The notes under the pieces were generated by a model. The model was not told where the DNA came from and did no database searches. It was given only the letters and a program-made list of their open reading frames with translations. A program made the position numbers and the translations under genes. 56,588 nucleotides of DNA from Candidatus Micrarchaeota archaeon (GTDB lineage: Archaea > Micrarchaeota > Micrarchaeia > Anstonellales > Bilamarchaeaceae): positions 1 to 56,588 of the forward strand of contig WJMN01000054.1 of the NCBI GenBank assembly GCA_014727925.1, given 5' to 3'. Positions 45,543-53,424 of the stretch are shown here, in pieces. How positions within the stretch are numbered: position 1 is the stretch's first letter; each line of letters begins with the position of its first letter.

Positions 45543-46294
45543 TAGGGCGAATAGCTCTTTTTTTCAAAGAACTTTATGAGCGAGCTCATCGCAATCGGGT
45601 AGAATACAAGGTATATTATTATGTTCAGCAGAGGTACAAGTGTGCTCAGCACTATAACTGAGTAGAGCACATATACAAGCAATGCCTTGATGTTCGTATC
45701 CTTTATGAAATTAAGCGATATCAGTATTGCGCTCAATGGCCTGACCTTTTTTTCGATATATGCGATGTAGGTGAAAGCAAACAGGAACTCTATTAGGAAC
45801 AATATGAAAAGCCCCACCGCTCCGAATATGTATGCCAGGGCCATGTGTATTGTCCAGACTTCTAGGAAGTAGAAGAGCAATGCAAGCGGGCTCAGGAAGA
45901 ATCCTATTACCACCAGCTTCACTATGCTTATTACGAAGAAGGAAAGGGCATTACCAAACGCATAATGCATAAATGAAACAACCCCTACCTTCTCCTTGTG
46001 CAATGCCCGGTAATACTCATTTATCAAGGCCCCTTTGTAGCCTGCGTAAAATATGATGTTTATAAACAGCAGAATCGCCCCCAGCACCCCCAGGACAATC
46101 AGGTTTATCTGTGCATCTAGCCCTATCCCGGTAAGCGCCAGGAAAAGAAGGAGCAATACACCTACGGAAGCCCCCATGGTCACAATCATGAAAATGGGGT
46201 AAAGGATAGTTGGAAGCATAAACGAAACCGGGTCCCTGGAAAAACTCTCAAGGGAGGTTTTCATGGATTCAAGCAGCAGATCACCGTTTTGCAT
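45539..46294 (-). CDS. Polytopic membrane protein of unknown function
   Basis: About 6 hydrophobic segments; fills the gap without conflict. Confidence 0.65.
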   Translation of the reverse strand: MQNGDLLLESMKTSLESFSRDPVSFMLPTILYPIFMIVTMGASVGVLLLLFLALTGIGLDAQINLIVLGVLGAILLFINIIFYAGYKGALINEYYRALHKEKVGVVSFMHYAFGNALSFFVISIVKLVVIGFFLSPLALLFYFLEVWTIHMALAYIFGAVGLFILFLIEFLFAFTYIAYIEKKVRPLSAILISLNFIKDTNIKALLVYVLYSVIVLSTLVPLLNIIIYLVFYPIAMSSLIKFFEKKSYSPY

Positions 46295-46336
46295 TATGCT
46301 CCAGCATTTAAAAACTTTTTCCAGCCTTTTTCATTT

Positions 46337-46972
46337 ATGGATGAACTAATTCTTCTGTTGGCCGAGAAAGGGGCTCTTGATGAACCTGTGCGCCTTACCA
46401 CCTGGAATATCGGCAAATCCCTTTCCATGAGCCAGCAGAATGCATCCATAAGGCTAAGGAAACTTGCCCAGGATGGTTTTATCGTATCTGGAGAAAGAGG
46501 CATAAAGGTAACTGACAAAGGGAGGAAGGAACTGGCTATTCTCTATTCCCGCCTTTCCTCAATTTTCCAGAAGAACAAATTTATTTTCACCGGCCGGATA
46601 GTCCGCGGTTCGGATGAAGGGAAGTATTACGTTTCCATTCCAACCTACAAAAACCGCATGAAGCAAGCCCTTGGATTTACTCCTTTTCCTGGCACTCTGA
46701 ACATAGAGCTTGAAGAAACCCAAATTGAGCACCGCATAGCCCTGCGCGAGCATCGTCCTATTATGATAAAAGGATTCAGGCAGGGAGGGCGCAGCTTTGG
46801 TCCGGTAGAGCTTTACTCCTGCCGCGTAGAAGGTTATGAAGGTGCACTTATTTTTCCCTTCCGATCCCATCACGGACTGAGGGTTCTTGAAATTATTTCT
46901 CCCTATGATCTTTCAAAAAAGCTGGATGTTTCAAAAGGCTCGAAAATAAAGGTGGAAGTTTCCTTTAAGTGA
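46337..46972 (+). CDS. ribK: CTP-dependent riboflavin kinase with N-terminal winged helix (RbkR-type)
   Basis: SLSMSQQNASIRLRKLAQDG wHTH; G.IVRGSDEGKYY, FPGTLNI, HGLRVLEIISP; TATA at ~46306 supports a leaderless start. Confidence 0.9.
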   Translation: MDELILLLAEKGALDEPVRLTTWNIGKSLSMSQQNASIRLRKLAQDGFIVSGERGIKVTDKGRKELAILYSRLSSIFQKNKFIFTGRIVRGSDEGKYYVSIPTYKNRMKQALGFTPFPGTLNIELEETQIEHRIALREHRPIMIKGFRQGGRSFGPVELYSCRVEGYEGALIFPFRSHHGLRVLEIISPYDLSKKLDVSKGSKIKVEVSFK

Positions 46973-46974
46973 AT

Positions 46975-47412
46975 CTATTCTCCCCTGCCGAATTTTCGCT
47001 TTATTCCCAGGTCTATTCCAGGATCCAGTTCTATTTTTTTGAACATAACGTGATAGAATACCCGATAAGCGGCAGTCATTACTAGGGCAAGTCCGACAAG
47101 CCCAAGCTCAACAGTTGCATTTACCAGGGGTGCAACCACTATGCTTATTCTGTCGTGTATAACGGTGAATACAAGGGCAATCAGTATCAGTATTATGAAT
47201 GCAAGCACAGTGGAGAGTATGGGCCTCTCCAGCCGCATCTCCTGTATTACTTTTTCACTGGATATTCCCAATTTTTCTTCTACTATAAGTATTACCAAAA
47301 GTATCACAAAAAACGAAGTCAGTGAAGTGAGCGTATAGAGTGATATGCCAAAAAAGTTCAGCAGCAGCAGAGCTATTATAGCCGAAACAAAGGCTTCCAG
47401 AAATAAACGCAT
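46975..47412 (-). CDS. Small membrane protein of unknown function
   Basis: About 4 TM segments; start moved to MRLFL because the longer ORF overlaps the RNase P RNA. Confidence 0.6.
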   Translation of the reverse strand: MRLFLEAFVSAIIALLLLNFFGISLYTLTSLTSFFVILLVILIVEEKLGISSEKVIQEMRLERPILSTVLAFIILILIALVFTVIHDRISIVVAPLVNATVELGLVGLALVMTAAYRVFYHVMFKKIELDPGIDLGIKRKFGRGE

Positions 47413-47447
47413 GCTGTTTATTTGGTTGTATAACTTAAAAATGTTAT

Positions 47448-47756
47448 TGAACGGGAAACATAGTCTGCCTTCTGTGTCTGTTACCATGAAGCATTTCGCC
47501 CACGGTCTCCCGTTGGCCACTTCAAGGCACCCAACGCCGAAGCGTTGCGCGGCATTATACTAAGCGCCGAAACCGGCTTGCACCATCACCCGGCCTTCGC
47601 GGGCCGTTTCATCCCACTCATAGACATCTCGTTTCCTCATAGTTAGCCTACCTGGGTATCGTTTCTGTTCCCGCTAAGAGCCCCCTTAAGGGGCCTTTGC
47701 CTCTGGTGGGCAGAACTTCCTCCGGAGTACCCGGTGAGCCGCCTGCTCCCCGTTCA
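47448..47756 (-). ncRNA. rnpB: RNase P RNA
   Basis: P1 UGAACGGGGAGCA/UGUUUCCCGUUCA; CR-I GAGGAAGUUCUGCC pairs with CR-V ACAGAAGGCAGAC (P4); AACAGAAAC, UGAAAC and GGUGCAAG motifs; P2 GCGGC/GCCGC; upstream AATAAATA. Confidence 0.95.
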
Positions 47757-47925
47757 CTATAATATCCCATAAATAGTATTTATTTGTTTCCCATTCATTG
47801 CGCACCGGAAACACCGGAAACCCACCCCTCCGCTTCTTTTAAAACAATAACCTGACAATATCTTCTACAGAGCACCTTTTGGTGCGGAAATATTGAGCAT
47901 CCATCTGGATGCGGAAGGTGAAAAA

Positions 47926-48219
47926 ATGGAAGAAAAACTTGAAGAATTTGAGGAAATAGAGGAATCTCCGTCCAAGGAGCAGAATTTCGAGCAGTCCAAG
48001 TCTGAAGGATTCGGCTCCGGAGGAAGCGGAAGTGGTGAAAGGCCCGATTTCCGCGTAATGCAGCCGGACCGGGACAAGGATGGAAACTCAATTCTGAAAA
48101 ATGTGGGCGGGATGTGGAAAAAAACCAGCAAGAACGGAAACGAGTTCTATGTTCTTAATATCGGGAGGATGACTCTTCTGGTATTCAAAAACGACAAACA
48201 AGGTGGATTCAATGACTGA
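47926..48219 (+). CDS. Small protein with acidic N-terminus and DUF736-like C-terminal domain
   Basis: RPDFRV...VGGMWKKTSKNGNEFY.L.I...LLVFKN pattern; AGGTGA SD; stop overlaps the radA start. Confidence 0.6.
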   Translation: MEEKLEEFEEIEESPSKEQNFEQSKSEGFGSGGSGSGERPDFRVMQPDRDKDGNSILKNVGGMWKKTSKNGNEFYVLNIGRMTLLVFKNDKQGGFND

Positions 48220-49171
48220 GGAAAAATACACCTTGATAAAAGAGCTGGAGGATCTCCCCGGAATCGGGGGGGTTACTGCAGACAAACTGCGCAAGGCAGG
48301 CTACAACGAGATTCCCCAGATAGCTGCTTCAAACCCACACGAACTTGCAGAAGCCGGAGAATTTGGGGTGGAAGCCGCAAAGAAGGCAATTTCCGCGGCA
48401 AAGGACGCAATTGAAACCGGTTTTGAGAGGGCCGACCAGATACTTGAGCGGAGAAAAACCGTGAAGAGGATTGCCACCGGCTCCTCCCGCCTAGACGAGC
48501 TTCTTGGGGGAGGAATAGAAACCCAGGCAATAACCGAGTGCTTCGGGAAATTCTCTTCAGGCAAATCCCAGGTTGGATTCCAGCTTGCGGTAAACCTCCA
48601 GAACGCCTTGACGAATGAGGGGGAAACCCCGCCCCGAACCCTGTTCATAGACACAGAAAGCACCTTCAGGCCCGAGAGAGTTGTCCAGCTTGCAGAATCA
48701 AATGGGATGGACCCTGAGCAAACCCTGCAGAATATTCTGGTTGCACGGGCGGAAAATTCCGACCACCAGATAATTCTCCTGGAAAAGGCAGAGCAGATAA
48801 TAAAGAAGGAGAATATTCGCTTAATCATAGTGGATTCCCTTACCTCCCAGTTCCGCGCAGATTATGTGGGGAGGGGGGCCCTGGGCGAGAGGCAGCAGAA
48901 ACTAAATAAGCATGTACACACCCTCCAAAAGTTTGCAGACAGATACAATCTTGCAATCTATGTTACCAACCAGGTGATGGACAACCCGGCTATTCTTTTT
49001 GGAGACCCGACTACCCCGATAGGGGGGCATGTGCTTGCACATGCAGCCACCTACCGCGTTTACCTGAGAAAGAGCAAGGAGTCAAAAAGAATTGCCAGGC
49101 TGATCGACAGCCCCAGCCTCCCTGAAGGGGAAGCGGTGTTTAGGGTTACTGAAAAAGGAATAGGGGATTAA
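48212..49171 (+). CDS. radA: DNA repair and recombination protein RadA
   Basis: LEDLPGIG HhH, GGIETQAITE, GKFSSGKSQ Walker A, IDTESTFRPER, DSLTSQFRADYVGRG, IGGHVLAHA. Confidence 0.97.
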   Translation: MTEEKYTLIKELEDLPGIGGVTADKLRKAGYNEIPQIAASNPHELAEAGEFGVEAAKKAISAAKDAIETGFERADQILERRKTVKRIATGSSRLDELLGGGIETQAITECFGKFSSGKSQVGFQLAVNLQNALTNEGETPPRTLFIDTESTFRPERVVQLAESNGMDPEQTLQNILVARAENSDHQIILLEKAEQIIKKENIRLIIVDSLTSQFRADYVGRGALGERQQKLNKHVHTLQKFADRYNLAIYVTNQVMDNPAILFGDPTTPIGGHVLAHAATYRVYLRKSKESKRIARLIDSPSLPEGEAVFRVTEKGIGD

Positions 49172-49183
49172 TCCCCTTTTTTT
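49162..49183 (+). terminator. Hairpin plus T-tract at the radA stop
   Basis: Perfect palindrome AGGGGATTAATCCCCT (49162-49177) followed by a T run. Confidence 0.55.
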
Positions 49184-49190
49184 GATTTTT

Positions 49191-50510
49191 ATGGAGCTCT
49201 CTTCAAATCAGCTGGAATTCTTGGAAAAGTGCAGAGAAGCGAAAAAAGTTGCCCTCTCATTCAAAGACCCTCTGATTGTTTCACATTATGATGCCGATGG
49301 AATCACGAGTGGTGCAATCACAACATCTGCCTTCATCAAGCAAAACAAGAAGCACAGAAGTTTTCCAACAAAAAAACTGGACGATTCGGTAATAGAACAA
49401 GTTCAGCATGAAAAAGAAATAATCTTCGTGGACCTGGGAGGGGGCAACAAACGGGTAAACGAACTCAAGGATGTAGTAATAATTGACCACCACCAAACCG
49501 AAGGCATAAAAAAACTGCAGGCAAATCCCCTACTTTTTGAGATAGATGGGGGAACAGAGCTTTCTGCCTCTGCTGCCTGCTCCCTTGTTTTTGACCACCA
49601 TTTTGACCTGGGCGTAACCGGGGCAGTTGGTGATATGCAGTACCCCCTCCACGGTTTGAACCGTTTCGTACTCCAGAAAGGCGAGGAGCTCGGGGAAATT
49701 GAGGCAAAAACAGAGCTTACCCTTTATGGCAGGTATTCCCGCCCTCTTGTTGATTTTCTTGCATATTCTGATGAGCCTTTTATCCCCTCACTTGCACACA
49801 ATCCGGAAAACTGCGAAAAGTTTCTTTTTGATTGTGGAATAAAACCAAAGGAAGGAGAAACATGGAGGAGATATTCTGATTTATCATTCCAGGAAAAAAA
49901 GAGCCTGGTTTCCGCAGTTTCAAATCTTCTTGTGGACAAGGGTATGCAGTGGGCGGCTTCAAGTCTTGTGGGAGAAACATATCTGCTCAAAAAACGGGCT
50001 GCCCAGCCAAGCACCTATGATGCAGCAGAGTTTTCAACTGTCCTTAATGCCTGCGGAAGGCATTCAAAGCCAGAAGTGGGCATTTCTCTCTGCCTCAAAG
50101 AGCCAGGCTCCTACGAGAAGGCCCTTGGCCTCCTGCGCCAGCACAAGCTTGCCATAAGGAGTGGAGTTTCCTTTGCCAAGAGCAACATAAATGATTTTGG
50201 TCCCTTTTTCTTTATTGATGCAAGGGGCTTCGTGGAAGATTCCATAATAGGGATTGTTTGTGGCATGGTTTCGGGAGGCAGGAAAAAACCCATAATAGGT
50301 GCCGCCATTTCCGAATCAGGAATAAAGATTTCTTCCCGCGGAACAAAAAGCCTTGTTGATTCGGGCCTGAACTTGGGCAAAGCCCTTTCTAAGGCTGCAG
50401 GGAGAGTAGGGGGGATAGGGGGAGGCCACAGGATAGCTGCAGGTGCAAACATACCCGAAGATTCCTTCAATGAGTTCCTTGTGTGTTTTTCAGAATTACT
50501 ACGGCAATAA
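49191..50510 (+). CDS. DHH-family RecJ/Cdc45-like (GAN-type) protein
   Basis: SHYDADG, FVDLG, IIDHH, GAVGDMQ, TVLNACGR, DHHA1 GGGHRIAAGA. Confidence 0.9.
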   Translation: MELSSNQLEFLEKCREAKKVALSFKDPLIVSHYDADGITSGAITTSAFIKQNKKHRSFPTKKLDDSVIEQVQHEKEIIFVDLGGGNKRVNELKDVVIIDHHQTEGIKKLQANPLLFEIDGGTELSASAACSLVFDHHFDLGVTGAVGDMQYPLHGLNRFVLQKGEELGEIEAKTELTLYGRYSRPLVDFLAYSDEPFIPSLAHNPENCEKFLFDCGIKPKEGETWRRYSDLSFQEKKSLVSAVSNLLVDKGMQWAASSLVGETYLLKKRAAQPSTYDAAEFSTVLNACGRHSKPEVGISLCLKEPGSYEKALGLLRQHKLAIRSGVSFAKSNINDFGPFFFIDARGFVEDSIIGIVCGMVSGGRKKPIIGAAISESGIKISSRGTKSLVDSGLNLGKALSKAAGRVGGIGGGHRIAAGANIPEDSFNEFLVCFSELLRQ

Positions 50511-50561
50511 TCGGAAAAAATTCAACTAATATTTATATATTTTCTGTTGGGAGATTTTCCC

Positions 50562-51095
50562 ATGGCAAATCCAGCCCTGGTTTTTCAGCGGACAAAGCAA
50601 CCCACATTGGGCATTACATTCAGTGCTTTCCAGGGGGGCGGTCCCCGCGGCCCACGCAACCGTTCCCACTTTTCCCTGATAAAGGGGGGAGCAGACTTTC
50701 CACCACTCAAAATAAAACAGAGCCCCAAAATCCGCAGGGAAGGCAATGTCATTTTTGCTGATTTTGGTAAAAAGTATCCTCTGGCAGAACCCCCTCAGGA
50801 AGGAGAAAAAGAAAAAAATACAGAAAACGGGGAAAAATCCGAAAAGCACAGAGCCTCCAAAAACTCAGGAGGGGAACACAAGCCACTTTTTGAATTGGTA
50901 AAACAGGCTTCAAGGTCAAAGGGTCTCCGTAATATGAGGAGAGGAAAATTTGATCCGCTATGGATGGTCAAGTGGCACATGTGGTACCAGTACGTTATCG
51001 CAATGAACAAAAAGCCATGGAATTCTTCCCTTCCCACCGGCCGTTTGCTTACTCAGAGTGCCCGTGCGGAAACTGCAAAGATAGCATGGGCTTAA
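50562..51095 (+). CDS. Orphan basic, low-complexity protein
   Basis: ATTTATATAT TATA at 50531-50540 places the TSS at the ATG 50562 (leaderless); fills an otherwise empty gap. Confidence 0.55.
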   Translation: MANPALVFQRTKQPTLGITFSAFQGGGPRGPRNRSHFSLIKGGADFPPLKIKQSPKIRREGNVIFADFGKKYPLAEPPQEGEKEKNTENGEKSEKHRASKNSGGEHKPLFELVKQASRSKGLRNMRRGKFDPLWMVKWHMWYQYVIAMNKKPWNSSLPTGRLLTQSARAETAKIAWA

Positions 51096-51174
51096 CTCAC
51101 CAGCTTCTAGGTTTATGACGAAAATCTGCGCAACTTTTTTATTGTTTGCGTTTGTATTAGCAACGTGAAGTAAA

Positions 51175-51579
51175 ATGGGATTCGTTGATAAATTAAAGCG
51201 GTGGCTCTTTGGCTCAGAGGAAAAAAAAGAAACAAAGGCCACTCCCGAGCCTCCGATACAGGAAAGGGAAACAATAGTTTATGAAGAAGATGAGGAAGAG
51301 CCCAAACCACCGGAAATAGATGAATATGCAGACGTGGAGTTCACTACAGCATCCAAAAAATCTTACAGTAGTATTCCCATGGAGGGTACCACTATGGTGA
51401 AGAAAAAACCAACAAAGAAGAAAACGGCCGGAAAGAAAAAGACAGCAACAAAGAAGAAAACAACCAAGAGAAAACCAGTGACAAAGAAAAAGACAGCAGC
51501 AAAGAAGAAAACAACCAAGAGAAGAACAACCACTAAAAAGAAAACAACCAAGAAAAAGTCTTCAACAAAGAAGAAATAA
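51175..51579 (+). CDS. Protein with N-terminal amphipathic helix, acidic linker and histone-H1-like KKKT repeat tail
   Basis: MGFVDKLKRWLFG; E/D/P-rich middle; KKKTx repeats; possible internal start at 51394 after GGAGGG. Confidence 0.75.
   Translation: MGFVDKLKRWLFGSEEKKETKATPEPPIQERETIVYEEDEEEPKPPEIDEYADVEFTTASKKSYSSIPMEGTTMVKKKPTKKKTAGKKKTATKKKTTKRKPVTKKKTAAKKKTTKRRTTTKKKTTKKKSSTKKK
51433..51560 (+). repeat. Degenerate 51-nt coding tandem repeat (about 2.5 units of KKKTAxKKKTTKRxxxT)
   Basis: AAGAAAAAGACAGCA(A/G)CAAAGAAGAAAACAACCAAGAGAA starts at 51433 and 51484; partial third unit at 51535. Confidence 0.75.
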
Positions 51580-51588
51580 TCAAAATAA

Positions 51589-51630
51589 GTAAGTAGGCGG
51601 CCGTCCTAACTTACCTTCTTTTATTTTTTA
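51589..51630. terminator. Hairpin and T-rich tract between convergent genes
   Basis: GTAAGTAGG...CCT(A)ACTTAC stem followed by CTTCTTTTATTTTTT. Confidence 0.5.
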
Positions 51631-51650
51631 ATACTCTACTGACTTTCAAT

Positions 51651-52208
51651 TCATGGAATTAAAACTGCAGCAGCAACCGTGGTTGCCCAGTGCCCGCTTT
51701 TTCCTACTTCTGTAGTTGCAGTTATGTTCTTTGTTTTGACTATTTTGCCGCTCATCTTGAAATGCTCTTCCTTTGCATTCCAGGCCGCATCCGGGTCAAA
51801 GTCTATGCCCATCGTAGATGCAAGCATGCTTGCGGCAAGGTCTTCTGCATATTCTCCGGCCTTTTGCTTATTCTGGCCATAAGAATGGTGCTCGCTGAGG
51901 TAGCCGTGCCAGCTCTTTTCTTTTGGCAGGGCTATTCCTACAGAAGCGGAAATCCTCCGGCTCGGTTCGCATGAGCTTAGCCTTGACATAACTGTAAAAA
52001 CAATCTGCCCGGGCTTTAGTTTTTTTCTGCCCTCAGCCCTGCTTATGAGTTTTGCGCCCGGCGGGAATATGCTTGAAACATAAACTAAATTACAGTAGGC
52101 TACTCCAGCATCTCTGAGGGCTTCTTCAAATGAGCCCAGTTGTGTGTTGGACCTGCCAACGCCTTTGGTAAGGAAAACCTTACTCGGAACAAAATTCAAT
52201 GGGTTCAT
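51651..52208 (-). CDS. pdaD: Pyruvoyl-dependent arginine decarboxylase
   Basis: VPSKVFLTKGVG, SFEEALRDAG..CNLVYVSSIFPP (self-cleavage S-S), GYLSEHH, AAAVL. Confidence 0.93.
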   Translation of the reverse strand: MNPLNFVPSKVFLTKGVGRSNTQLGSFEEALRDAGVAYCNLVYVSSIFPPGAKLISRAEGRKKLKPGQIVFTVMSRLSSCEPSRRISASVGIALPKEKSWHGYLSEHHSYGQNKQKAGEYAEDLAASMLASTMGIDFDPDAAWNAKEEHFKMSGKIVKTKNITATTEVGKSGHWATTVAAAVLIP

Positions 52209-52262
52209 GGACTGCTTTTTTGGCGGCAATTATTTAATAACATGCCCCAACAAAATCTTTCC

Positions 52263-53414
52263 ATGGCTCTTAGCATAGGGGTAGTGGGAAAGCCCAATGC
52301 AGGCAAAAGCACTTTTTTTTCAGCCCTTACAATGGCAGAGGCAAAAATAGCTTCCTTTCCCTTCACTACCTTAGACCCCAATATAGGAGTCGGATATGTG
52401 CGTAAACAGTGCCCCCACAATGAAAAGGGAAAAGCCTGCAATCCCAGGGATTCCTACTGCCGGAATGGAATAAGGTTCGTCCCTGTCCGCATGCTGGATG
52501 TGGCAGGGCTTGTTCCGGATGCACATAAGGGAAAAGGCCTGGGTTTCAAGTTCCTCGATGATCTTGCCAGCGCAGATGCCCTTATCCATGTGGTGGATGC
52601 TAGCGGAAAAACAGATCTTCAGGGCAACCCTACAGAAAACCACAACCCGATAGAGGAAGTAAAGTTTCTCCAGAAGGAGTTGCTCCATTGGGTATTGAGC
52701 ATAATGGAGCGAAACTGGAAAAAGGTCAGGACACGGAATATAAACACACTATCTTCAATGCTGAGCGGACTGAAAATTCCTCCTTCCAAGATTGAGGATG
52801 CTGCCCGCAGGCTTTCTCTGGAAACAGAGAGGATAGACTGGTCCACAGAGGAGAAGCTTGCTTTTTCAGGTGAAATACTCAAGGCCAAACCAATCCTTGT
52901 GGTCTTGAATAAATTTGACCAGGCACAAAACCGGGAAGGACTTTTGAAGGAGTTTTCCGCCCTTGAGGCAGTGCCTGCCTCCTCCTTGTTTGAGCTTACC
53001 TTGAAGAAAGCAGATTTTTCAGGGGCTATTGAGTATATTCCTGGCTCTTCTTCGTTCAAAACAAAGGATGTTTCAAAACAGCAGGGTAAAGCCCTAGAAA
53101 AAATATCTGCATATCTGGAAAAACAGGGAAACACAGGGGTACAGCAGGCTCTTGAAAGGCTTATTTATGACCGGATCTCTAGGATTGTGGCCTTCCCGGT
53201 GGAAGACGAGAATGAGTGGGCTGACCAGAAGGGAAATATCCTCCCCAACGCATTTCTTATGCCCAGGGGAAGCACTCCCCTTGACCTAGCTGAAAGGATA
53301 CACACCGATATTGCAGGGAACTTCGTGGCCGCCCTGGATGCCCGGAAAAAGACTCGCCTTGCAAAAGATTACCAATTAAAAGATTGTGATATCATAAAGG
53401 TATTCTCTAAATAA
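52263..53414 (+). CDS. OBG-family YchF/Ola1-like GTPase with TGS domain
   Basis: GKPNAGKST, FPFTTLDPN, DVAGLVPDAH.GKGLG..FLDDL, NKFD, IHTD (TGS). Confidence 0.92.
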   Translation: MALSIGVVGKPNAGKSTFFSALTMAEAKIASFPFTTLDPNIGVGYVRKQCPHNEKGKACNPRDSYCRNGIRFVPVRMLDVAGLVPDAHKGKGLGFKFLDDLASADALIHVVDASGKTDLQGNPTENHNPIEEVKFLQKELLHWVLSIMERNWKKVRTRNINTLSSMLSGLKIPPSKIEDAARRLSLETERIDWSTEEKLAFSGEILKAKPILVVLNKFDQAQNREGLLKEFSALEAVPASSLFELTLKKADFSGAIEYIPGSSSFKTKDVSKQQGKALEKISAYLEKQGNTGVQQALERLIYDRISRIVAFPVEDENEWADQKGNILPNAFLMPRGSTPLDLAERIHTDIAGNFVAALDARKKTRLAKDYQLKDCDIIKVFSK

Positions 53415-53424
53415 GGTGTATTAC

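Noticed and set aside
47413-47520. Extended N-terminus of the 46975..47520 ORF
   Set aside because: Lies inside or next to the 3' part of the RNase P RNA; the real start is more likely 47412.
49162-49177. 16-bp palindrome at the radA stop as a member of the TGTAACC family
   Set aside because: Unrelated sequence, single copy, and followed by a T-tract, so best read as a terminator hairpin.
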